Shown here: positions 17,838 through 25,729 of the stretch, one piece after another | Position numbering within the stretch: position 1 is the first letter of the stretch | Layout of the letters: the number at the start of each line of letters is the position of its first letter | Origin: a virus | Virus record (IMG/VR): IMGVR_UViG_3300025132_007963 | Span: 32,001 to 96,000 of that record | DNA length: 64,000 nucleotides | Direction: 5' to 3' (one strand) | Notes under the pieces: model-generated | What the model was told of the DNA's origin: nothing | What the model saw: the letters and a program-made list of their open reading frames with translations, nothing else | The model's database searches: none | Position numbers and translations under genes: made by a program

Positions 17838-18599
17838 CTATGAACCTAAAAGGTCATTGAAAGCGGCCTCAACAGCGTCGTTTGACGCACCCGACGTTGC
17901 ATCGGTTGATCCCCCGTATTGCTCAACTTCTGACTGAGAAGTCTCAGCGTCTAGGAACGCATCAAGCATTGCCTGTGCTTCTTCTGGTGACTTTCTTTCA
18001 AACAATTCTTCAAAGTTGGGAATTGTTTCCAGAAGCTCAGCACATCGATCTTCGCCACCAACATTATCATCGCAAAGTACTGTCTTGCGTGGTCGGGGAC
18101 GAATATCGGTTCTAGGGAACCTTTCACCAGCTGGCTTACCATACATAACCTTGAGGTCATTACCCATGTCTGGGTCGGTAATGTCGCCGTAGTCCGGATC
18201 TAAGACAATGTTAAGGAGCTTCTCATAAGCCATCTTACCATAACCCCAAACTCTAATACCTTGATTTTCTTCACCTCTTACAAGAACAGGTGAAAAGAAC
18301 CTTTGTTTGGCGAACATGTCTTTAGCCATCCTCTTACTTTCTTCTGTACCCTCATTCCATAGTTTGTTACCAAAATCACAAACTGGACAACTGTCTCCAA
18401 AATTTCTCTTGGGACACAAGAAACCACCCGGCGCTACATTATAATGAAACCACTTCTCCTTAAAGGGATCACCATCAGCAGTTGGAACAATTCTTACATT
18501 ATTCTCGCCATCTTGGGGTTTCCAAAAATCTGTTTTTGAACTATCCTTGCCGGATAGTGTATTCAATTTTGATCGCATTCGATCTAGATCTAGAGCCAT
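17838..18599 (-). CDS. gp32-like single-stranded DNA-binding protein
   Basis: FWKP, VRIVP, HY...C...CPVC zinc ligands, WGYGK, GDITDP, acidic C-tail. Start MALDL at 18599 has AAGGAGG RBS; track start is 18674. Confidence 0.88.
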   Translation of the reverse strand: MALDLDRMRSKLNTLSGKDSSKTDFWKPQDGENNVRIVPTADGDPFKEKWFHYNVAPGGFLCPKRNFGDSCPVCDFGNKLWNEGTEESKRMAKDMFAKQRFFSPVLVRGEENQGIRVWGYGKMAYEKLLNIVLDPDYGDITDPDMGNDLKVMYGKPAGERFPRTDIRPRPRKTVLCDDNVGGEDRCAELLETIPNFEELFERKSPEEAQAMLDAFLDAETSQSEVEQYGGSTDATSGASNDAVEAAFNDLLGS

Positions 18600-18665
18600 A
18601 ATAAACCTCCTTATTTTGTTTTTTTGCTCATTGGCTATAGCAGGTCGGCAAATTTCCCGACCAAC
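18600..18665 (-). promoter_or_regulatory. structured 5' leader of ssb (candidate translational operator)
   Basis: GGTCGG-8 nt-CCGACC hairpin, a TGCT...AGCA stem, then an A-rich tract before the RBS. Confidence 0.45.
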
Positions 18666-18672
18666 TTTATAC

Positions 18673-18700
18673 ACTATAACATATCTGAAATTTAAATCAA
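18673..18700 (-). promoter_or_regulatory. sigma70-type promoter with extended -10
   Basis: TTGATT-16 nt-TATAGT with TG at the extended -10 position. Confidence 0.65.
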
Positions 18701-19545
18701 GTCTTTTTTGAAGAATTTTGAATTTTTGTTGAATGAGCTAAAATATAACCACAATCTTCATCATAGTCTGTTGAATAAATACCATAACTAACTTTTGTGT
18801 CGCTTAAAGTCTTTTTCTTAACTTGATCAACTATTTTTTTATGCAAACCTTTTTCATTCCTCAATTTTTTTTCAGGTATGCCATAATAATACCGGGCATC
18901 TCGAATAAAGTCAAGAGGAAAAAATAATTTTTCTTGACCAGTTTTTGAATTTAAAATCCCAAAGGTTGAAATTTTTGCAAATTCTACTGGATCTGAAAAG
19001 GTATCTGAAACAGACTGGATATGATTGTAAACATTTATCATATGAAATGCTGAGACTATCGTTTCATTTATTCTTGGATAATAATCAAAAACAGAAGCAT
19101 CTTCAACCAGGCTACTTAAGCTGTCGTTTGAAGCAAGAAATATTCTATTAAAGACATTTGATCTTGCATATTCCTGGAAAATATTGAATGCGATTTTTTC
19201 TTGCAAAAATTTAGTTTCGCTTAACAATTCAACTTCTGGCTTTACATACAATATATTAATTTTACAATTTTTGTTTAGTTTTTCTAGAATGACCAAAGAG
19301 GCACCTGAAGTGATACTAGCTCCAGAGACGATAAACAAAATCCCTCCTTTTATATTCTTTAAAAAGTTAGCTATTTTTAAATCCTTGGTTTCATATTCTT
19401 CGGGATTAGAAAACTTTGGGATTTGTAAACAATCCTTATCTTTCTGAATTTCAGAATCTATTTTATATACTCTATATTGTGAGTATGCTTTAAATTTATC
19501 TGCTATTCGACATCCCACGCCACCTAACCCAATTACCGTTTCCAT
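18697..19545 (-). CDS. divergent tubulin/FtsZ-superfamily protein (TubZ/PhuZ-like)
   Basis: N-terminal VIGLGGVGCRIA; signature loop degenerate (VSGASITSGAS); ILYVKP; LASND. Confidence 0.72.
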   Translation of the reverse strand: METVIGLGGVGCRIADKFKAYSQYRVYKIDSEIQKDKDCLQIPKFSNPEEYETKDLKIANFLKNIKGGILFIVSGASITSGASLVILEKLNKNCKINILYVKPEVELLSETKFLQEKIAFNIFQEYARSNVFNRIFLASNDSLSSLVEDASVFDYYPRINETIVSAFHMINVYNHIQSVSDTFSDPVEFAKISTFGILNSKTGQEKLFFPLDFIRDARYYYGIPEKKLRNEKGLHKKIVDQVKKKTLSDTKVSYGIYSTDYDEDCGYILAHSTKIQNSSKKT

Positions 19546-20732
19546 GTAAAGTCCTTCATCTGTCCAAAATTATTTCCAACTTGCACGTTTGTTTTGAATT
19601 TACCAAACCTTGTATTTTCAAACAACGTTGCTATCTCATATATCTTATTAAAGTCCTGTCTCGCAAAATCTATAGTAATTGAATCGTGCATTAAAAATGC
19701 AACCTTGCTCTGCCAACCCTGCAACATTTTAAAAACTTTGTATGCTTGCTCTAAGAATATATCACTTGAAGTCGATTGCAAAATATAATTTACACTGTGA
19801 AATTCATCAGACAATATCTCTCTATGAAATGGTGTTGAGACTTTTTCACCATCCCAGAATTTCTCTCTCAGCGCGTCTCTATTATAAAATTTATCAATCA
19901 TGTGATCTTTTGAATTTGGATTGTAAAGCCATGCAAAAATTCTTTTCTTTGCCTCGGGCCTTGTTATAGATCCATTAAATATATTTTTAATATTCCAGTC
20001 ATGGATGTCAATGTCTGGTTGAGATTGATCGTTTAAAGCTAAAAATGTTCTTATCTCTGCTGCATTAAAATCTAGCTCCAAATAAACATCATTGGTGGGT
20101 TCTATATATTTTCTTAGATCTTTATCCAAAGTTAGTATTGGAAAAGATCTCTTTTGAGAACTTAATCTCCCTGTCTTTGTGCTGAACATTCTATATCTTA
20201 TAAAGTTATCAAACTTGTTTTTATTTTTTAGAAAGTTTCTAGCTTTTGGAGCAAAAGAATCTTTCTTGAGAGCTTTGTAATTAATTTTGATTTCTTGAGA
20301 TTTTATATCTTCAATCATTTTTGTAATCTTAAGCAGATGATCATAGTTTAGAGGCTTTTCGTGTGTATTAAAGACATGCTTGGTGATAGTGTTCTTTAAT
20401 TCAAGATATGTTTTCAGGTTATTGTGAGGTATCAAGTCAAAAATACAGTTTTCTTTCAAATCAACTTTTGCAATTTTGAGAGATTTAATAAATGCTTTGA
20501 TGTTATTTAATGTTTCAATATTATCTTGCTTTAAGCTTTCTGGGCACGCTTCGAATATTTCTTCACTTTGAGCATAAAGTTGTGCATATTCTATGGTTTC
20601 ATATTCTTTAAGTGGCTTAGAGTATTTCCACGTTTTAGAAAATTCATCTAAACTATATTCATGGAACTGTAAGTTTCCATTACAATAAACACCAACACAT
20701 TCTTGTTTGTCGTCAATACTCTGAAAATACAT
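19533..20732 (-). CDS. compact family-A DNA polymerase
   Basis: TKTGRLS, motif A ELDFNAAEIR, motif B RPEAKKRIFAWLY, NYILQSTSSD, motif C MHDS; only 399 aa. Confidence 0.8.
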   Translation of the reverse strand: MYFQSIDDKQECVGVYCNGNLQFHEYSLDEFSKTWKYSKPLKEYETIEYAQLYAQSEEIFEACPESLKQDNIETLNNIKAFIKSLKIAKVDLKENCIFDLIPHNNLKTYLELKNTITKHVFNTHEKPLNYDHLLKITKMIEDIKSQEIKINYKALKKDSFAPKARNFLKNKNKFDNFIRYRMFSTKTGRLSSQKRSFPILTLDKDLRKYIEPTNDVYLELDFNAAEIRTFLALNDQSQPDIDIHDWNIKNIFNGSITRPEAKKRIFAWLYNPNSKDHMIDKFYNRDALREKFWDGEKVSTPFHREILSDEFHSVNYILQSTSSDIFLEQAYKVFKMLQGWQSKVAFLMHDSITIDFARQDFNKIYEIATLFENTRFGKFKTNVQVGNNFGQMKDFTWKR

Positions 20733-20741
20733 TATACCTCT

Positions 20742-22160
20742 TTAGTATCCACCACCACCGCCACCTGAGCTGCCACCACCGCCAGAGGACATACCACCGC
20801 CGCCATATGACATAGAGGAAACAGAGGGGGAAGCGGGAGCAGCGGTAGTAAGAGAGCCCTGTAAATTTGCACCTGTAGAGCCAAGTATCTCACTCGCCAT
20901 TGCTAATCCGGCGCCGGGTCCGCCGGCTTCTAGGCCGTAAAGATCCGCTGCGGCCTCTGAAATAGAGGTTCCCAAAGATCCGCCTTCGGGGTCAAAATTA
21001 ATATTAAAATTTAGTTTTTTTAATAAATTTATATCGTAATTCATAACAAACAAGTTTACATAAAAATATAAATACGCTGTGGTTTTATAGTTCTTTAAAA
21101 GGTTTACTTTCTTTTTCAGATCGCGGATTTTATCTTTTGTAACTTTTGCTCCAATCTCTTTTAAGCGAATTTGTAAATAAATATCTAACAAGTTTAACTC
21201 ACTTATTTTAGAATTTAATTCATCTTTTGTCAATACTTTTCTGATGGAAGATTTCTTTTTTATAGTTTCACATATTTTCGTTTTTTGTCTGATTGGAAAA
21301 TTAGTCATAAAAGTAAAATATATATCATAGATAAAAGATCGCAGATACTCCCTATCAGCGAGATATGTTGGGTAGCAATAATCTGAAAAATAGTTATTTG
21401 GTTCAGTTAGGCCATACAACTTCATGTACTCTTTGAGTTGGGGTGAATTTAAATTTGCAACCAAAGTCCAAGGTGCGTTTTTGTTTATCATAAATCCAAA
21501 CTTATTAGCGATATTAACTAAAGAGTTAAAATTTTCAGATTCAACTATTGTGTTTTTAATTTCATCATCGCCATGATCGGCTTCTAGTAATTCTATAGAT
21601 AAGCCGCTTACTCTTCCCGGACAAAGAGGGGATGCTGTAAAGCCTGTCAAAGTTAATGGAAAATCACCGGCATGATTATTTACAAAAGTATTAAATTTTT
21701 TAAGTATATCATCTAATCCTGAAATTGCATCACTGTTTGGAGCCAAATAAGTATTGATAAAATAATCTCTCATTTGTTCTGAGTGTCTATCATAATAATC
21801 GAACATACTTTCCCAAGCTCTTTTTGGAACAAGGTCGGTAACATCACCTGTTATGGGTAAAATTCTTTCTTTTGCGGCCTGATGATTATAAAATCTAACC
21901 ATGTCCTGAAAAGCATCAACCACAAAATCAACAGCGAACATGTTTTGACCTTCGTTAAAGTAACCTAATCCAGATCTAGGTAATACAAAAACTGGATTTC
22001 CTAGTAAATCAACTCTACCATATAGTGGCTTTTTATACCAAAAATCTATTATTCTTTTTTTATCTCTAACCCTTTCAACAGAATTTATCTTATATTCTTC
22101 TCGGGAATAGAAAGCGTGCTTTCCATTGATATTATTTTTTGCTGGTTCGTAGAAAGCCAT
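20742..22160 (-). CDS. hypothetical protein (baseplate region) with Gly/Ser/Ala-rich tail
   Basis: 472-aa ORF contiguous with baseplate genes; low-complexity C-terminus. Confidence 0.65.
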   Translation of the reverse strand: MAFYEPAKNNINGKHAFYSREEYKINSVERVRDKKRIIDFWYKKPLYGRVDLLGNPVFVLPRSGLGYFNEGQNMFAVDFVVDAFQDMVRFYNHQAAKERILPITGDVTDLVPKRAWESMFDYYDRHSEQMRDYFINTYLAPNSDAISGLDDILKKFNTFVNNHAGDFPLTLTGFTASPLCPGRVSGLSIELLEADHGDDEIKNTIVESENFNSLVNIANKFGFMINKNAPWTLVANLNSPQLKEYMKLYGLTEPNNYFSDYCYPTYLADREYLRSFIYDIYFTFMTNFPIRQKTKICETIKKKSSIRKVLTKDELNSKISELNLLDIYLQIRLKEIGAKVTKDKIRDLKKKVNLLKNYKTTAYLYFYVNLFVMNYDINLLKKLNFNINFDPEGGSLGTSISEAAADLYGLEAGGPGAGLAMASEILGSTGANLQGSLTTAAPASPSVSSMSYGGGGMSSGGGGSSGGGGGGY

Positions 22161-22163
22161 GGC

Positions 22164-24530
22164 TTATGATTCCTTCTGTGGCGCTGCGTCGACACTCTCA
22201 ATACCTTCTCCACCCACGTTGGGTGATCTTCTTTTCTTTTTCTTGTTCTTTCGCACTGATGGTGAAGTTTGCCATAAACCACGAACTGTGGTTTCAAAAC
22301 CTGCTGGTGATACTGTAGAACTCATACCCTGAGTTAGATAGTAACCACCCAATCCTAGCTTCGAAGCTATAGCAGTTCCTCCACGTCCTGGCATTGTTGG
22401 CACCAAGTAGAAATACGTACCAGGTCTAAAGTAATTATTTCCTATCAAAGTTAAATCTACGTTATATGGTTCCCATGCTCTAGAAAAAGCATCTCCACTC
22501 TCTTTTACAATTCTAGATGCAACAAGATTAGGATCATTCATTTTGTTAAAAGATGCATTTTTTAATAGACCTCTATCCTGACCTAGCCGAAGATGTACAA
22601 TTCCTAAGTCTTTATCTTTGTTTAGCTTTCCATCAAAATCTGGACTAGGATCATTATTACTGGAGATTACTATGTAATTGAATTCTGTTTTTGCTAAATC
22701 ACCTGAAGCGTTTCTACTTCGAAGTTTGCCATCTATCGCTGAAACGCTTTTTATCCTACCAGTGGGTATCTTGTTACCACCCACCATGCTCAAAAACGAA
22801 ACTCTATTTGATGCGCCTTTAGATATCATGTCTAGTCCGTCAAAGCACTCTTTTCCAAAAGCGGGAGTTATCAATTCGGTCATCATTCTAGTTAAAAACC
22901 TACTAAATGTTATTTTGGTTGCAATTCTCTTAACAAAGTTTTCATGAAACCAGGCCGAGAATCTGCTCACGGATATTGGAATATCCGCCAAGCTGACAAT
23001 CTCTTCTTTTCCAGTTTGAAAATTTTCATAAATCATGGTGCCCAGTATAATTTTAATTTTATACTTTTTCAATTGATAGTCCAAAGCACCTAAAACCCCC
23101 TCCATTAAATCCCCTAAGAAGATAAAGGGTATATGGGTTTTTCCGCTTTCAGATGACGGTCTATCTACTCCTGTTTTTAAAGACCCTCCAGAACTCTTAC
23201 TTAATCCAAGAGCACCAAGAAGTGCCGCTGGACGTATGGGTGGCGCTTGTGGCAAAATACTTGGTTTTGATTTTCCTCCAGAAGGCGGTTTTTTTGATTT
23301 TGTTTTGTAGCTTCCATACGTTTCAAAATAATCCTCTAAATCATCCTGAGAAACAGCCAGATTATAAATTCTATCTAGTTTTTCTATGCTATTGAGAATT
23401 CTTTGATACCTCTCTGTCGTTCTGGACTTTATAAAAGAACTCCTATACAATCTAGCTGCTTTTTGTTTTGCCTGATCTGGATCAGATGCTAGTATATCTG
23501 AAATTTTTTCATCAGCTCCTGGAAATTCTTCGCCTAATGCAATTTGTAATTCAGAAAGACTGCCGTCAATTTCTGATATTCTATACGCGCTATCAGCATC
23601 TTCGTAAAAAGCGATATCGCTTACTTCTTGAGATTCGCCAAAAATAGTTGAAAAAGATTTTGGCTTGGTGGCCTGTTGTATGTCTTTTGCTTTTTGAAAA
23701 GCTAAATCTCCAGCAATTTCAGCACCTGTAACTAATCCTTTGTCGTCATCAACGTCTTGTCTTGCCTCTTTTTCAGAACCAGGGCCTGTTAAGTTTATTT
23801 TTTCTAAAGCACTATCTATTGCACCTATATAGGATAAGGTTAGTTTAAAACTTCCATCCTGATTAAATGAAAAATTATGCTTTGTTAATGTCATGACAAG
23901 AGTTAAGGTGTCGCTTTCAATCGCCCTTCTCAGCGCAGGGCTTATTATACCTGTCATATTAGACGATGGGACACTCCAGCCCACAATCACTTTTGTTTCT
24001 GACGCTATTCCTTTCACTGGAGAGCGTAACAATAACCGCTCATAATGTGGGTCTTCAAAAACTCTAAGGCTATCACCAAAAAGAGTTAAATCTGCTCCGA
24101 TTGTTTTACCGGCTGTAAAAGCATCTGTCCCTAGAAAATCAAAATCAAATTTTTTAATGCCAATGTTCCTACCTCTAGAGCCGGGATCTTCAAGTATTGA
24201 TTTCAAATTCATAAAACCACCTTGAAATTTATATTCTTTTTGTGTTCTCTCTCCCTTCTTGTCGACATCTATTGAGAAAACTCTTATCTTTGGCACAAGG
24301 GCAGCTATCTGTGCACTTGTAAGTTCTGTTAACTTGTCAAAATCTTTAAACTTCAACAAACGGTTAACTGTTTGACTGTTAGATATACCACCCAAAGCTG
24401 TAAATTTCTGATATTTAGTTTTTTGATTTTGTTTAACTAAATCTGGTAGTCTTGCTACAAGATAGCATTGCTCTCTAAAAGCGTGTCTAGACTGTAGTAA
24501 TTCATTTTCTTTTTTTTCTTTATTAGACAT
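22164..24530 (-). CDS. putative baseplate hub protein (gp27/gpD-like)
   Basis: C-terminal VDLTLIGNNYFRPGTYFY...LGGYYLTQGMSSTVSPAGFETTVRG pattern; position after the LysM-like gene. Confidence 0.6.
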   Translation of the reverse strand: MSNKEKKENELLQSRHAFREQCYLVARLPDLVKQNQKTKYQKFTALGGISNSQTVNRLLKFKDFDKLTELTSAQIAALVPKIRVFSIDVDKKGERTQKEYKFQGGFMNLKSILEDPGSRGRNIGIKKFDFDFLGTDAFTAGKTIGADLTLFGDSLRVFEDPHYERLLLRSPVKGIASETKVIVGWSVPSSNMTGIISPALRRAIESDTLTLVMTLTKHNFSFNQDGSFKLTLSYIGAIDSALEKINLTGPGSEKEARQDVDDDKGLVTGAEIAGDLAFQKAKDIQQATKPKSFSTIFGESQEVSDIAFYEDADSAYRISEIDGSLSELQIALGEEFPGADEKISDILASDPDQAKQKAARLYRSSFIKSRTTERYQRILNSIEKLDRIYNLAVSQDDLEDYFETYGSYKTKSKKPPSGGKSKPSILPQAPPIRPAALLGALGLSKSSGGSLKTGVDRPSSESGKTHIPFIFLGDLMEGVLGALDYQLKKYKIKIILGTMIYENFQTGKEEIVSLADIPISVSRFSAWFHENFVKRIATKITFSRFLTRMMTELITPAFGKECFDGLDMISKGASNRVSFLSMVGGNKIPTGRIKSVSAIDGKLRSRNASGDLAKTEFNYIVISSNNDPSPDFDGKLNKDKDLGIVHLRLGQDRGLLKNASFNKMNDPNLVASRIVKESGDAFSRAWEPYNVDLTLIGNNYFRPGTYFYLVPTMPGRGGTAIASKLGLGGYYLTQGMSSTVSPAGFETTVRGLWQTSPSVRKNKKKKRRSPNVGGEGIESVDAAPQKES

Positions 24531-24532
24531 TT

Positions 24533-24874
24533 TTACAACTCATAAAATGATATAATCTTTTCAAGAGGGAGAGGAACATAAATCATATCTCCAATCTCAA
24601 GGTGACCATCAGTGGGGGTCTTATTAAACCATGCAATAACCCACCATAATTCAGCATCACCGTAAAAATCGTGAGCTATTTTAAAAAATTTATCGCCTAA
24701 TTGCCACCTGACGGGCTCCAAAGTAAGTTGTGATATTTCCTCTGGCGTCGGGTGTCTAAACTCCGCTGTCTCGTACATTACAATTTCACTTACGTTTCTA
24801 TTCTTAAACAAAGTCTTTTTGTATCTTCCAAGACTGTTGCGTAGTTTTCTTCTTCTTAAATATCTATCAGACAT
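24533..24874 (-). CDS. LysM-like tail protein X / baseplate wedge
   Basis: GDKFFKIAHDFYGDAELWWVIAWFN...GDMIYVP. Confidence 0.8.
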   Translation of the reverse strand: MSDRYLRRRKLRNSLGRYKKTLFKNRNVSEIVMYETAEFRHPTPEEISQLTLEPVRWQLGDKFFKIAHDFYGDAELWWVIAWFNKTPTDGHLEIGDMIYVPLPLEKIISFYEL

Positions 24875-24883
24875 AATTTATAT

Positions 24884-25717
24884 TTACCCGTCCATGAATG
24901 GCCTAAGTGCAATGATTGCCTGGGCATTACCTATGTTTCTATTTGTTTTAGATTTAGTTTTTCTGCCCTCCCTTTTAAACAAGCCCTGTTTGCAAGTCGA
25001 GTGTGGACCAGTTAATTTGTGCTGTCCATATGGAAATTTATCATTTTTTGCCATCCACGCATTACTACTCTCCTTCCAGCCTAATTCATGTGTGTGCAAA
25101 ACTGTGATTTGACAACTCACTGAATATTCTTTTGGTAAAAGGGTGCCTGGGCTTGGGCAAAAGAAGCCTTGATCTAAGTTTGGAGTTAGCGTAAACCCGT
25201 TTATCGCTCCCAGCAAGCCAGAATCAATAGCTGCAGGGCTGGGTGATCCAGCACTATTAGCATCTAATATTAAATTTGTAAATTTAACTCTCATAAGAGG
25301 CGATGCATTCATTGTTGGAGAACCAGCATTATTTTCTTTCTGTCTATCTTTATATGTTGGATAAAGCATGCTGGAGAGGTGTTCAAATTTGTGTAGATTT
25401 TTCTCTGCTTCGTGCTCGTCTGTAGATACCACAGTCCAACCAAGAGAAATTTTTCGTTGAGTGTTTTGGAAAGTCATTATTGGATCCATTCTACCATAAA
25501 CGCTTTCCTCGCTCCAGTTTGAAGTGAAAGAATCTGCAAATTCTGTGATAAAGGCGGCAAAATCAACACATTTGCCGGTTGCAACGTGAACAAAATCTAT
25601 CATCCAGAGTTGAGAATTAACAAAGAGGTTTTCAGCTGCGTCGACGTAGCCTGTTTTCTTGTTATCTCCGCCGTGACCAACTTCGTTTAGTGAACTGTTC
25701 GCGTTTTCTGATGCCAT
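24884..25717 (-). CDS. tail tube initiator / baseplate protein (gp48/gp54-like)
   Basis: FTSNWSEESVYGRMDPI.TFQNTQRKISLGW, LYPTY; located after the tape measure gene. Confidence 0.7.
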   Translation of the reverse strand: MASENANSSLNEVGHGGDNKKTGYVDAAENLFVNSQLWMIDFVHVATGKCVDFAAFITEFADSFTSNWSEESVYGRMDPIMTFQNTQRKISLGWTVVSTDEHEAEKNLHKFEHLSSMLYPTYKDRQKENNAGSPTMNASPLMRVKFTNLILDANSAGSPSPAAIDSGLLGAINGFTLTPNLDQGFFCPSPGTLLPKEYSVSCQITVLHTHELGWKESSNAWMAKNDKFPYGQHKLTGPHSTCKQGLFKREGRKTKSKTNRNIGNAQAIIALRPFMDG

Positions 25718-25729
25718 TTTCTATTTCTC

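Noticed and set aside
18697-19545. Phage-nucleus system implied by the tubulin
   Set aside because: No recognisable chimallin or multisubunit RNAP here, and the virion genes are T4-like; tubulin alone is not sufficient evidence.
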